64,000 nucleotides of DNA from a virus (lineage: Duplodnaviria > Heunggongvirae > Uroviricota > Caudoviricetes). Positions 19,570-29,667 of this stretch are shown here, piece after piece. Below the pieces are notes generated by a model, which saw nothing but the letters and a program-made list of their open reading frames with translations, searched no databases and was not told where the DNA came from. The position numbers and the translations under genes were made by a program. Within the stretch, counting starts at the first letter, position 1. Each line of letters starts with the position of its first letter. The stretch lies in the IMG/VR virus record IMGVR_UViG_3300037455_000372, positions 291,393 through 355,392 of that record, one strand, 5' to 3'.

Positions 19570-20508
19570 ATGCAACATTTCTTGATTGGACCGGGTCTGG
19601 GTGGCGCGAAGCTGACCAAGGCCGCACTTGAGTACATAATTTGCAGATACCGTAGATGCGACAACTTGACATTCGAGATGAGTCCTATTACTAAGTCGAA
19701 CGGCGAGACCGAGGACTATGTTTGGGTGCATTATCCAGAAGACTCCCTCCGATGCGAATGCGAACCTTTGTACACCGAGTGGTGGAACCTTTACAAGAAG
19801 TTCCACGAAACCGAATTCAAGGACGTGCCTAACGACGGTATGATTTCACTACCGTTTATGGGAGTGTCGGAGATACGAGACTTGATAGTGATGTATTTGG
19901 TACAAGACCTGTACAATTCGTACATTCCCAAGGATGTTGCCGAAAAGATGGATAAGCTGAATAGGGGTTATGCGCTCCGTGTTGTCGACGTTCCAGACGG
20001 CTACCACTGTTTAATTACCGATGACCCCGAATACGGCACTGAATCAGTGCAAGAATGTACACGAATGTGGAACGCTGATTTGGACGATGACGGTTTTACC
20101 AAGCAACAGATAAAGAATTTTGCATTCATTGAATCATTGAGCGAAACAACGGACCGTTTTCCAGACACCATCACGGTCGACGGCGCGACGACGGTTGGCG
20201 AACCTATTATCTTCAAGGACTTGGTTATCGCCAAGAAAGGCAAGCGAGCCGTGGTATATTCGAAGCTTAACGACAAGGTTGCGTTCCTCAAGAAGGCGGA
20301 ATACTTCAGGGACACACTAGACCATCCGATCAAATGGTTCGAGATTGTCGGTGAAGTTACCAATAAGTTCCAGTCGAATACTTTGTTCCACAATATCAGC
20401 GAACTTTACGATTATTACGACCTTGTTAAGGTTGTTGGTACTTATGCCGACAAATATCGCAAAGAAAAGACCGAGGCTGCTAATGATAATGAATCTGGAA
20501 ATACCTAA
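19570..20508 (+). CDS. Hypothetical protein
   Basis: 312-aa ORF with AGGAG RBS. Confidence 0.6.
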   Translation: MQHFLIGPGLGGAKLTKAALEYIICRYRRCDNLTFEMSPITKSNGETEDYVWVHYPEDSLRCECEPLYTEWWNLYKKFHETEFKDVPNDGMISLPFMGVSEIRDLIVMYLVQDLYNSYIPKDVAEKMDKLNRGYALRVVDVPDGYHCLITDDPEYGTESVQECTRMWNADLDDDGFTKQQIKNFAFIESLSETTDRFPDTITVDGATTVGEPIIFKDLVIAKKGKRAVVYSKLNDKVAFLKKAEYFRDTLDHPIKWFEIVGEVTNKFQSNTLFHNISELYDYYDLVKVVGTYADKYRKEKTEAANDNESGNT

Positions 20509-21133
20509 CAAAATTCTTGGACGGCGCATCCAGCCAGCTTTATGGTCAGGCAAAACCATAACGCCTTATTCGTATGATAGCAAGAATTGCTTGGTCGCCG
20601 CCCACGCAATATCTACCGTGTACTACGAGCTACCGGATATATTGAACATCCGAGGCTGGTGTATGGTTCTTATCGACTTGGACGAGTCAACCGATACCCA
20701 CCTAAGTATCAACGATGACTTGTATGAGTACATTGACAAGAAGCTGGAGCACGAAGGCGTTCACCGTGTTATCAAGGACAGGTTCCATAAGGTGTCTGTT
20801 ACGAAACACACCGCTAATCCGGGGATGGCATTCCACAACGGAGACCGCCAGATATCGATTGAACACGGCTTGGACCATTACACCGGTGCCGCCCACGAAC
20901 TGAAGCTCGAACTGATTGACGAACGGCCAGACCTGTTTGAAGAATGCACCGATGTATTGAAATCGGAAGTCGAGCAAGAAATGGACAGAGAAGTTCTAAA
21001 ACATATGGTTGAAGAGGAGAAACGTCGAAATGGCAGAAACACATCTGAATCTACAGAAACCCCAGAAACCGCAAACAAATACAGTGGCATCGTCTCAGCG
21101 ATTGCCAATGCAGCAGCCAAGACCGGTGGTTGA
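20483..21133 (+). CDS. Hypothetical protein
   Basis: ORF overlapping the upstream gene; start inferred from GAGG RBS. Confidence 0.55.
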   Translation: MIMNLEIPNKILGRRIQPALWSGKTITPYSYDSKNCLVAAHAISTVYYELPDILNIRGWCMVLIDLDESTDTHLSINDDLYEYIDKKLEHEGVHRVIKDRFHKVSVTKHTANPGMAFHNGDRQISIEHGLDHYTGAAHELKLELIDERPDLFEECTDVLKSEVEQEMDREVLKHMVEEEKRRNGRNTSESTETPETANKYSGIVSAIANAAAKTGG

Positions 21134-21491
21134 CCCGGTGATTTTGGGAAAATGCGCTAATTACCAGAAACTGATCCACCGCTCCGGTATCGCAAAGGAG
21201 CTGCTGTTGGCTCTGATGATTGTCGATATGATTACCACGTTAGTATCGGGACTTGTCGTAGCTGGCACCGGCAACCCACAGATACTTACGGCGGCTACCT
21301 ATACCTTCGACACGGCGTTGGTATTGTTGCCGATACTTATCTTTTCGTTCATCTTCTGTCCGACGCCGAGACAGTACGGTCCGCTTCTGGTGGTTGAGAC
21401 AAACCGTCTACCGGAAAGTTCTTGCGCGTTGGCTTCGCTGAAGAAGCAGCTTATCCAAGAAGGCGTGAACGCCGTCGCTTGGAAGCTCTAG
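21030..21491 (+). CDS. Hypothetical two-TM membrane protein
   Basis: Two hydrophobic helices. Confidence 0.5.
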   Translation: MAETHLNLQKPQKPQTNTVASSQRLPMQQPRPVVDPVILGKCANYQKLIHRSGIAKELLLALMIVDMITTLVSGLVVAGTGNPQILTAATYTFDTALVLLPILIFSFIFCPTPRQYGPLLVVETNRLPESSCALASLKKQLIQEGVNAVAWKL

Positions 21492-22135
21492 TCTTTCCAG
21501 CACTTTTCGATGATACCCCACTTGGCGTACTTTCTCAGTGCGCCCATACAGGAGTAGTACGACGAGTAATGGTTGGGGACCTTCGTTGCGATGTCCTTCA
21601 GCGTGGCCTCTGGATGCTCGGCGAAGTATTCCTTCGCACGGGCAATGAAACGAGAAAATGATGTCGATCTGGAGCCGGTCTGCGTACCGGCTTCAAGCTT
21701 TTTGTCCATATGCTTGAGTTCCGGAAGCCAGAAATCCAAGTTTCCGGGAAGCGGCTCCGCTTGCAGTGCGATTCTGGCGTGGAGCTGCGGCTTGTCGTCA
21801 AGGATTCCTTGGAATTCCGAAACCATAATGTAGCCGATACCCATCGTACGGAGGACTTGGCGAGCGTCTTGGCTCAGTGTGCAAGGACACGCAACGTACA
21901 CTCTGGAAGCGGTTTCCAGCCATCGCGTAGCCTGAGCCATAACCTTGATGTTCACTTGTTTCTTGAGTTCGATGGCGTACACTTCGCCGTCGTTGAAATA
22001 CACTAGGTCGCAAGACCCGGATGAACCGATGCCGACTTCTTCGGCGTATTCCATATTCTTGAAAAGGTTGGCTTCCTTGATGGCGCGGCCAACGTCAACC
22101 TCGGTGAGGTCGTATTTAACTTGCTTTCTTCTCAT
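21488..22135 (-). CDS. PD-(D/E)xK nuclease-like protein (DUF2161-like)
   Basis: EV...CDLV...YAIELK..VMAQA....RVYVACP pattern. Confidence 0.65.
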   Translation of the reverse strand: MRRKQVKYDLTEVDVGRAIKEANLFKNMEYAEEVGIGSSGSCDLVYFNDGEVYAIELKKQVNIKVMAQATRWLETASRVYVACPCTLSQDARQVLRTMGIGYIMVSEFQGILDDKPQLHARIALQAEPLPGNLDFWLPELKHMDKKLEAGTQTGSRSTSFSRFIARAKEYFAEHPEATLKDIATKVPNHYSSYYSCMGALRKYAKWGIIEKCWKD

Positions 22136-22407
22136 ACTGCAAATATAGCTACTTGTAGTTTAGAGCGTCCATTAAAAGCGAAATCCATCGCTCTTGCGAT
22201 GGACTGTCCCTTGTGCTTCTCTTTTCTGCAATACTTCGACTTGAGTTGTACCACCCTAGTTCGCAAGGTGGCACCGTTGCCGGTCCCGGCAACCCTCTCT
22301 TTGCGCTGCGACGCGCTTTCTGATGCTTTTGTCTTCATAATTTACATCCTTGCACTTGACAACAGTTTAGCAAATTCCTATATTTTTGTCAACCCCTAGA
22401 GGATTTT

Positions 22408-22941
22408 ATGGCTGAAAATACCGAGAAAAAGACCCTTTATACTTCCGCTGCGCTCGAAGAACTTTTTGGGAAACAGCTGAAGGCTCTCCGTAAATTTGAC
22501 AAGAAAAAACTGGCCAAGGCTATCGAGAACCAGCTGCAGCTGGGCGAAGAAAGCTTGCCTTATGCTTTCCGTGGATTTTTCAAGTTCAATGTTCCTATTC
22601 TCCAAGCCGTCTTGAAGCCGCACATCTATGAAGACCGCTTTGGCAAAGGCGCGGCTCCCACCGACACCTATTTCGTCAAGTCTGGAGACAAGATTAGCGC
22701 GGTCATCCATATCATCGGTCAAGACAACTGTCTCGGACCCATCGACACGGTTCCGGAACACATCCACGTTTTCACCGTGGACGAACTCCAAGAGAAGGTC
22801 AACGAGGCCATCGGCATCTTCCAAGGCGAAATCGACCGTCTGAAGAAGCTCGAAAAAGACGGCATCAAGCCGGAGTTGACCGCCTTGATGAAGATGGACG
22901 AAGAGACAAACAAGCTGGTTGCCGAGGCAAAGTCTAAGTAA
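22408..22941 (+). CDS. Hypothetical protein
   Basis: TTGACA(22356)-17-TATATT promoter; GAGG RBS. Confidence 0.65.
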   Translation: MAENTEKKTLYTSAALEELFGKQLKALRKFDKKKLAKAIENQLQLGEESLPYAFRGFFKFNVPILQAVLKPHIYEDRFGKGAAPTDTYFVKSGDKISAVIHIIGQDNCLGPIDTVPEHIHVFTVDELQEKVNEAIGIFQGEIDRLKKLEKDGIKPELTALMKMDEETNKLVAEAKSK

Positions 22942-23402
22942 TGCACAGCGCGTTTATGTACATACTGGTCGGGTTCATCGTCGCGCTGTCACTGAACAAC
23001 GCCGTGAACCGACTGTGCAAGCGTTGTTTCGGTATCTTGCGGATGATGTGGAATACCCGCGATACATATCGTATGTACTGCGTATCGCTGGTCAATACGA
23101 ATCCGCCAAGGCACAACAGTCTGGCGTTCGTGTGTGAGTCCCACACAGATGGCAAGAAGTTCATCTATGCGGCTATGTCAGCGTTCCCGGCTGTGTTTAC
23201 TAGACCGGGACTCCATTTGGGCGTTGGTGGAATGTGGTCGGTTTTGGGCGTCAGCGGGTTGTCGCTACACCGGTACACCCCGGAAAATGACAGCATCCGC
23301 CAAGTATTGCGTCTTTCTAATGTGTCTGATAGTGAAGCCGATGCCGTCATCGACTGGATCAACCGGTACTGGAACAACTATATTAGCGGAATGTGTAGAT
23401 AA
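22941..23402 (+). CDS. Hypothetical membrane-anchored protein
   Basis: TAATG coupling; N-terminal hydrophobic helix. Confidence 0.5.
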   Translation: MHSAFMYILVGFIVALSLNNAVNRLCKRCFGILRMMWNTRDTYRMYCVSLVNTNPPRHNSLAFVCESHTDGKKFIYAAMSAFPAVFTRPGLHLGVGGMWSVLGVSGLSLHRYTPENDSIRQVLRLSNVSDSEADAVIDWINRYWNNYISGMCR

Positions 23403-23465
23403 AGTGTTGATATTATGTTAACAAAGTGTTTGTAAGTGGTTATTTAATGTTGATAGGAGAACCGA

Positions 23466-23636
23466 ATGAAAATGTTCTTGTTATTGTTGATAGTCGCCAT
23501 CGTCGCGCTTGTCGTGTGGACTAGGCCGAAGCGCACCGAGGTGATCAACTTCTCTACCTTTGGTGTCAACTGTTCCCTCAGCACGATAGAGCATAGGGAC
23601 GGGTCGTCGAAACTCGACTGGAAGTGCGACGACTAG
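23466..23636 (+). CDS. Small membrane-anchored protein (56 aa)
   Basis: AGGAG RBS; MKMFLLLLIVAIVALVVW. Confidence 0.5.
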   Translation: MKMFLLLLIVAIVALVVWTRPKRTEVINFSTFGVNCSLSTIEHRDGSSKLDWKCDD

Positions 23637-23676
23637 TATGATGAAAGTTTCAAATTCTAAGATAAAGGATTAACCT

Positions 23677-25065
23677 ATGGCAGTAAAAGCTTCCAAAGAC
23701 CAAATCGTTAAGGCAAAGATGCCTAACCGCACGGTGGTCAAGAAGGTGCCGAAATCGACGCCGACTATGACCATCAACAAACCCTACAAGCGTCTGCATC
23801 CGGACCGCAGGGTTATCCATCACCTTTCGCAGACCGACGCATACAAGTATTCGATGTGTCAGTTCTACTTCCACCGCTATCCGTCGGTTCAGGCTGAATG
23901 GGAATTCCGTCTCCGCACCAAGGGAGTGGACATCTCCTACTTGTACGACGATATCATCAAGGAACTCGACCACCTCTGTTCTCTCCGCTACACGCCGTGG
24001 GAACTCGAAGGAATTGCCAAGGTTATGCCTTGGATCACGGCTGACTACATCGACTATCTCAGCCGCTTCCAGCTCGACCGCAAGTTCATCACCGTCACGA
24101 AGGACAAGAACGAGCCGGGTTGCATCGTCATCCGTTCCAAGGGTCCGCAGCATCTCGTCTCTTGGTTCGAAATCTATGTGCTGCAGATTGTCCAGCACCT
24201 CTATTTCGACGACGAAGAAATCAACTGGGAAGTCGCCAAGGCCAACCTTGACGCCGTCATTGAAAAGTGGAACGCCGCTTGGCGCGAAGGTCTCCGCTTC
24301 ACCGTTTCCGACTTCGGCATCCGCCGCAGCGTGAGCGACGAATGGAACGAATATATGGTTCGCACGATGAAGAAGTATTGCCCGGCCTTCGTAGGCACGA
24401 GCAACGTGTACCTCGCCATCAAGTGCGACACCAAGGCAATCGGTACGTTCGCGCACGAACTCTACGCCACCTATCAGGGCATCAAGGACATTCCGCTCCG
24501 CCTTGCTCAGCAGCGTGTCCTCGAAGACTGGGCGAAGGAATTCCACGGCGACCTCGGCGTTGCTCTCTCCGACAACTACGGATTCCTCGCGTTCTTGCGT
24601 GACTTCGATAAGTATTACGCCAAGCTGTTCGACGGTGCTCGCCACGATTCTGGCGACCCGATTAAGTGGGGTGAATTGCTTATCGCGCACTACAAGCGTC
24701 TCGGAATCGACCCGACGACGAAGGTGGCTTGCTGGTCGGATAGCCTCGACGCTGACAAGGCCATTATGATTGCACGTCACTTCAACGGACGCATCAAGAT
24801 TGCCTTCGGCATCGGTACGTTCCTCTGCGCCACGATTCTCGGTATGAAGAAGGATCCGCTCTCGATGGTGATGAAGACCATCCGCATCGCGAACGACAGC
24901 CGTTCTCCGTGGGTCGACGTGGCGAAGGTCTCGGACACCGCAAGCAAGGGTATGTGCCATAGCCAGAAGACCGTGGACAACATTATGGACATCTTCGACT
25001 ACAAGTCGATTGACGACTTGAGCTTCGAAGAATGCCAGCTCCACGTCTACGGCGAAGCAGCATAA
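23677..25065 (+). CDS. pncB: Nicotinate phosphoribosyltransferase
   Basis: TDAYKYSM, DFGIRR, GTSNV, GTFAHE, RHDSGDP, SDSLD, FGIGT. Confidence 0.92.
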   Translation: MAVKASKDQIVKAKMPNRTVVKKVPKSTPTMTINKPYKRLHPDRRVIHHLSQTDAYKYSMCQFYFHRYPSVQAEWEFRLRTKGVDISYLYDDIIKELDHLCSLRYTPWELEGIAKVMPWITADYIDYLSRFQLDRKFITVTKDKNEPGCIVIRSKGPQHLVSWFEIYVLQIVQHLYFDDEEINWEVAKANLDAVIEKWNAAWREGLRFTVSDFGIRRSVSDEWNEYMVRTMKKYCPAFVGTSNVYLAIKCDTKAIGTFAHELYATYQGIKDIPLRLAQQRVLEDWAKEFHGDLGVALSDNYGFLAFLRDFDKYYAKLFDGARHDSGDPIKWGELLIAHYKRLGIDPTTKVACWSDSLDADKAIMIARHFNGRIKIAFGIGTFLCATILGMKKDPLSMVMKTIRIANDSRSPWVDVAKVSDTASKGMCHSQKTVDNIMDIFDYKSIDDLSFEECQLHVYGEAA

Positions 25066-25127
25066 ATTAAAGAAAATTCACACTAAAGCCGGTTGACAAC
25101 TCAACCGGCTTTTGCTATATTTAGGGT

Positions 25128-26396
25128 ATGAAACCGATACAACTTAATATGTTCATTTATGGCGGTGCCTTCGACCCGATGACCGTCGGCCACGAAGGAA
25201 TCATCCGCAACTTAGTCAATTATGTACAGACGCTTGCCCATCAGGAAACCGTTTACGACCTCGACGGGAAAGCCGTTCCAAAAGAAGAATTAGACCATAT
25301 TAAAGAATTCGCCACTATCGTGTACGTGACGAATAATGACGAAAAGAAATATTCCATCCCGCTCGACAACCGACTCAGAATTGTCGAAAAGGTTGTGGGC
25401 GATCTTGAACCGCTGACCATCCTTCCGCAGACGGAACGTATGGCGGCGACGTTGAAGACGCTGATTGCCGATACCATCAAGGGTGACGGCTATCCGGGTC
25501 TCACAGAAGAAAATATCAACATCAATTTGGTTATGGGTTACGATGAATGGGTAAGTCTCAAGCATCGTGAATGGGTCGAATCTGACTGGTTGCTCAACCG
25601 TTGTAACTTCCTCGTAGTTGACCGACCCGACGTTCGCTCGTATGGCGAATGCAATATTCGAGTAACGCAGTCCGATATTGCCATTCCCGTACCAAAGGAT
25701 TCCGACCTCCGGGTCAAGTATGTAAACTGGAAAGTTCCTTGTGTCTCTTCGACCGAGGTCCGTCGTGCTATGAAATTCAATCCTCTGTACGATGGTAAAG
25801 ATGTTCCAATCGTAGTCGCGATGGAACTCGGTCGTTTGAGGTTGCTCGGTCAGGACAGTCAGAAGGAATATGACCAGATCGAGGAAACCGAACTCAAGGC
25901 ATATGCGCCGAAGCAATATCCGAAGCCGTCCGTAACGGCCACGACTATCTTGCAGTATATGAACAAGGTTTTGCTTGTCCGTCGTCGTGGCTTCCCTTAT
26001 CACGATTATTGGTGCTTCCCCGGTGGTTTTGCAGAACCGCACGAAGACATCGAGAAAGTTGCGCTCCGTGAAGTAAAGGAAGAGACGAAGCTCGACTGTA
26101 TCGAGCCGAGCGAGGTAATTCAGCTCGGCGTCTATACTCCGGCAGACCCGCGCAATACCAAGTTTGACGATTACTGGATGTACGATGTCGGCCTTATGGT
26201 CGACTTGACTGGCCGCGCATTCCAGCAGCCGATTGCAAGCGACGACGCAAAGGATGCGATGTGGGTCGATATCGAGGAAGTGAAGAACATTCCGCTCGCG
26301 TTCCACCATAAGAAGATTTTTGAGGCATTCCTGAAGCGTCGCGAGGTTTATCGTGAACGCGCTCAAGTTGGCCGAATCCACGAAATACTGCTCTAA
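25128..26396 (+). CDS. Bifunctional NaMN/NMN adenylyltransferase (NadD-like) + Nudix hydrolase
   Basis: GGAFDPMTVGH, MGYD, VSSTEVR (NadD); PGGFAEPHEDIEKVALREVKEET Nudix box; own TTGACA(25093)-17-TATATT promoter. Confidence 0.85.
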   Translation: MKPIQLNMFIYGGAFDPMTVGHEGIIRNLVNYVQTLAHQETVYDLDGKAVPKEELDHIKEFATIVYVTNNDEKKYSIPLDNRLRIVEKVVGDLEPLTILPQTERMAATLKTLIADTIKGDGYPGLTEENININLVMGYDEWVSLKHREWVESDWLLNRCNFLVVDRPDVRSYGECNIRVTQSDIAIPVPKDSDLRVKYVNWKVPCVSSTEVRRAMKFNPLYDGKDVPIVVAMELGRLRLLGQDSQKEYDQIEETELKAYAPKQYPKPSVTATTILQYMNKVLLVRRRGFPYHDYWCFPGGFAEPHEDIEKVALREVKEETKLDCIEPSEVIQLGVYTPADPRNTKFDDYWMYDVGLMVDLTGRAFQQPIASDDAKDAMWVDIEEVKNIPLAFHHKKIFEAFLKRREVYRERAQVGRIHEILL

Positions 26397-26411
26397 CACA
26401 AGGAGTTAACA

Positions 26412-27026
26412 ATGGCAGACGAAGAAAACAAGAAGTACGATATCGACATCCTCGCGGTGATCGATATGCAGAACGATTTTATCGGCGGCGTTCTCAAGAA
26501 CGATACCGCCAAGAAGGTCATCCCGGCTGTGGTCGAAGAAATTCGCCAGTGGAAGGGAACCGTTATCGCCACTCGCGATACCCATTTCAAGGAAACCTAC
26601 GCGGACTCCGTCGAAGGCAAGTTGCTGCCGCTCCACTGCGAATACGGTACGGAAGGCTGGCAGATTGAAAGCACCATTATGAAGGCTCTCCAAGACCAGT
26701 GCGCCAAATTTGTGGACAAGCACAACTTCGGCTACATCAACTGGCCGAAGGTACTCTTCAACATCGACTCCACCGACCAAGACGCCGTTGCCGCATTGCT
26801 CGCCGGTAAGAAGGTGCGCATCCGCATCTGCGGTACTTGCACCGACATCTGCAATATGAGCCAGCTTGTCATCTTCCGCGCTTGGTTCCCGAACGCCGAC
26901 ATCGAACTCGTTGACGGCGCATCTGCGGCCTCGTTCGAAGACGACAGCCCCAAGACCCGTGACGCTGCGTTCGTTATCGCGAACAGTATGCTCTGCAAGG
27001 TCGTGCCGACCGTCTACAAGGGTTAG
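26412..27026 (+). CDS. pncA: Nicotinamidase / isochorismatase-family cysteine hydrolase
   Basis: VIDMQNDF, TRDTH, HC..GT.GW, K..FG, GTCTDIC. Confidence 0.85.
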   Translation: MADEENKKYDIDILAVIDMQNDFIGGVLKNDTAKKVIPAVVEEIRQWKGTVIATRDTHFKETYADSVEGKLLPLHCEYGTEGWQIESTIMKALQDQCAKFVDKHNFGYINWPKVLFNIDSTDQDAVAALLAGKKVRIRICGTCTDICNMSQLVIFRAWFPNADIELVDGASAASFEDDSPKTRDAAFVIANSMLCKVVPTVYKG

Positions 27027-27029
27027 TAA

Positions 27030-27920
27030 ATGAAAAATATCGTTCAACTTTCCGACATACACCTCTGCTCGGACTATGGCGGACACCTTGACACACAAGC
27101 ACAGTGGAAGGCTGTGCTTAAACACGCCAAGGAAAACTGTCCGAACGGTCCCGACGGATACGACGCCGTCGTCATTACTGGTGACTTGGTCGACGACGAC
27201 AACCTTATAGACCCAGATAACAACTGTACCAGCTGGTCTCACGAGTTGTCTGAATCCGAAAAATTCTCGCTGTATATGCAAATCTTGACGGATGCTAAGC
27301 GTCTGCTTGGCAGTGGTGGGCAACTCGTAGTAACACCGGGTAACCACGACAACCGAGAATTGCTTGGTAAAGCGGCGGTTGAAGCTGGCGTTGCTGGCGC
27401 GTCCGAACAGATGTTTTTGAAGCCGGGAAAATGCCTCCAGTTGTTCAGTATCGGACAGACCACGATTGTCGCGATGGACACTGGTAATGGCGAGCCGTAC
27501 GAAGCGATTTCCGACCTAGCATATGTTGCTAACACCAACCGAGGCTGGAATCGCGACCGTACGCTGTTGTTTACACACAAGCCGTTCAAGATTCAGAATC
27601 TTTATCATAGGTTTATGAAAAACAATATGCTTGATGAGGCTCTGGCTCGTCATATGATGCAGTATGCTGGATATTATTTCTGCGGACACTTGCATCACTA
27701 TGCGTCCTTGGTTTGTGGAAACCGCCTTGAAAGCGTCACCACGGTGACTGTGTGTCCCAGCGTCCAAGGCCAAATTGATCCCTATACGGAAAAATGCAAT
27801 GCGGTTCAGTTACCCGGATATTTGCAGATTTCGTGTTGTGATATCACAAGCACGGTAAATGTTAAGCTGCAAATGGTGGATAATTGGAAAGACCTGATTG
27901 CTAAGGCTATGTCCACCTAA
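27030..27920 (+). CDS. Calcineurin-like metallophosphoesterase (CpdA/Icc-like)
   Basis: SDIH, TGDL, PGNHD, THKP, CGHLH. Confidence 0.85.
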   Translation: MKNIVQLSDIHLCSDYGGHLDTQAQWKAVLKHAKENCPNGPDGYDAVVITGDLVDDDNLIDPDNNCTSWSHELSESEKFSLYMQILTDAKRLLGSGGQLVVTPGNHDNRELLGKAAVEAGVAGASEQMFLKPGKCLQLFSIGQTTIVAMDTGNGEPYEAISDLAYVANTNRGWNRDRTLLFTHKPFKIQNLYHRFMKNNMLDEALARHMMQYAGYYFCGHLHHYASLVCGNRLESVTTVTVCPSVQGQIDPYTEKCNAVQLPGYLQISCCDITSTVNVKLQMVDNWKDLIAKAMST

Positions 27921-28070
27921 CGTGTTGCTGATGTTGACATGAGTGGATTTATGTGCTATATTTAACAATAGGCGTATCTGGTTCAATTAGCAGCCATAAA
28001 ACACATCAAAACAACATTTTGGGTGGACATCGCCATTGCTAAATAGCCTGTTGTTTCCTAAATTGGCGGA

Positions 28071-28098
28071 AAGGTTGAGTTTAAACTCAACCTTTTTT
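28071..28098 (+). terminator. Intrinsic terminator
   Basis: AAGGTTGAGT-TTAA-ACTCAACCTT followed by T tract. Confidence 0.75.
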
Positions 28099-28124
28099 AT
28101 ATTTCCGGGAAACAAGAGGTTACT

Positions 28125-29051
28125 ATGAGCACACCAGTTTTAGTAAAAGATGATTGGGCAAAGCTGAAAGAATCACTATCGAAGATCGGAATCGATACGT
28201 TTGCCGATGGAGTCGGAAATTTCGGATTCCAGTACAATGGGTACCACCTCGGCGGTTATACCGATGGGGACCGCTATGTGGATTTCCACACCGCTTGGGA
28301 ATTTGACGGCAAATCCAATATCAAAGGCACCTTGTCTATCAAGATGACCCCGGAGGACTTCGACTCGGCAACGGTCGACGATGCTGTGGATATTCTTAAC
28401 CGTTCCAAGCAGCAGCTCATTACGATGTTCCCGATGGTCAATGTCCTCAGTCATTGCCGTTCCGGGTTTATCCGTTCCAGCCGTCTTATCGTATTCGAAG
28501 GCGTAGACAATTCCGGAAAGACCACGGTCTCCAAAGAGTTGATTAAGAAGATGCCTTGGTTCTCTTGGACGAAAGAACCGGTATTCACTACTGAACAGGC
28601 TGACCGTCTCAATTCTGACGAGTACAAAGGACAAGACGCAAAGCGCGAAGTGTTGTTCTTGGAAGGCCGACTCGCGCAACAGCAGTTATACAATACCACG
28701 CCGTGTATGCTCGACCGCTATCTCTGGTCTGGTTTGGCTTATGCAAAGGCTTTCTCGCCAAGCATCTACAATTTCTGTGAAGCGTTGTACACGAACTACA
28801 ACATCTTCAAGAAGCCGGACTTGTATATCTTTATGGAAACTCCGCTCGAAACTTGCTATGACCGTGAACCGGCTCTGAAGAAGGAACCGGGCCGTCTCGA
28901 AAAGATTCGTCAGGCATACCGTGATACCGAGCACCTTATCTCTTCTCCCATCGAGTACATCGACGGCAGCAAGAGTCTTGAAGAGTGCATCGAGGCCACG
29001 AAGCAAGCCATTATCAAGCATTTCCCCGACCAAGCACCGTTTGTAGGCTGA
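28125..29051 (+). CDS. tmk: Thymidylate kinase with ~115-aa N-terminal extension
   Basis: IVFEGVDNSGKTT P-loop, TKEP, LDRYLWSGLAY, KPDLYIF. Confidence 0.85.
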   Translation: MSTPVLVKDDWAKLKESLSKIGIDTFADGVGNFGFQYNGYHLGGYTDGDRYVDFHTAWEFDGKSNIKGTLSIKMTPEDFDSATVDDAVDILNRSKQQLITMFPMVNVLSHCRSGFIRSSRLIVFEGVDNSGKTTVSKELIKKMPWFSWTKEPVFTTEQADRLNSDEYKGQDAKREVLFLEGRLAQQQLYNTTPCMLDRYLWSGLAYAKAFSPSIYNFCEALYTNYNIFKKPDLYIFMETPLETCYDREPALKKEPGRLEKIRQAYRDTEHLISSPIEYIDGSKSLEECIEATKQAIIKHFPDQAPFVG

Positions 29052-29052
29052 T

Positions 29053-29655
29053 ATGATTAGCGAAGCTCCAAACCAATGCTATACCGAGAGTGAATACGAG
29101 CCGACCTTTGCGGAGTTCGGTAAAGAGTTGACTCGTAGACACCGTGAATATTTGCAAGCCAAGGTCCGCAAGGACGGCGATGAATATGTCGTGTTTTGTC
29201 GAATGTTTAATTTCGTGAATAAAGTTCCGACGACGGAGTGGCACGACAGTTTTTCAAGGCCGTCCAAGTGGAAATACCCGAACATTGATGGATTCTTTAA
29301 GTCGTTGACCGCTCTATCGAACGTGTATATCAGCCCGCTCGGTCGCATTAAGCTCCGTTTCAAGTCTCTGTACGACGCTTGCAACGTGGCAAAGGCGTTG
29401 GTTGACTATTTCCAGCCGTTCGGAACGATCTGCGATATGTACGACGAATCGATGAACATTGTTTTTTCTTTAGAAAAAGCATCGTTCGTCGTCTTTTATG
29501 AATACAAAAGATATAATTTACTCGACGTGAAACGTGGCGTATTGCTGCATCCAAAAAGCTTATCAGCAAATTCGAAAGAATATTTCGACGAACTGTTGAC
29601 AATCTTACGCAACAATGCTATATTTCCAAGTGACGATATTGTCAAACATAAATAA
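29053..29655 (+). CDS. Hypothetical protein
   Basis: 200-aa ORF following tmk. Confidence 0.5.
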   Translation: MISEAPNQCYTESEYEPTFAEFGKELTRRHREYLQAKVRKDGDEYVVFCRMFNFVNKVPTTEWHDSFSRPSKWKYPNIDGFFKSLTALSNVYISPLGRIKLRFKSLYDACNVAKALVDYFQPFGTICDMYDESMNIVFSLEKASFVVFYEYKRYNLLDVKRGVLLHPKSLSANSKEYFDELLTILRNNAIFPSDDIVKHK

Positions 29656-29667
29656 AGGATAATCCCT

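Noticed and set aside
27968-28010. preQ1-like riboswitch
   Set aside because: Only superficial similarity (GGTTC..., A-rich tail); no convincing P1 stem and no queuosine gene downstream.
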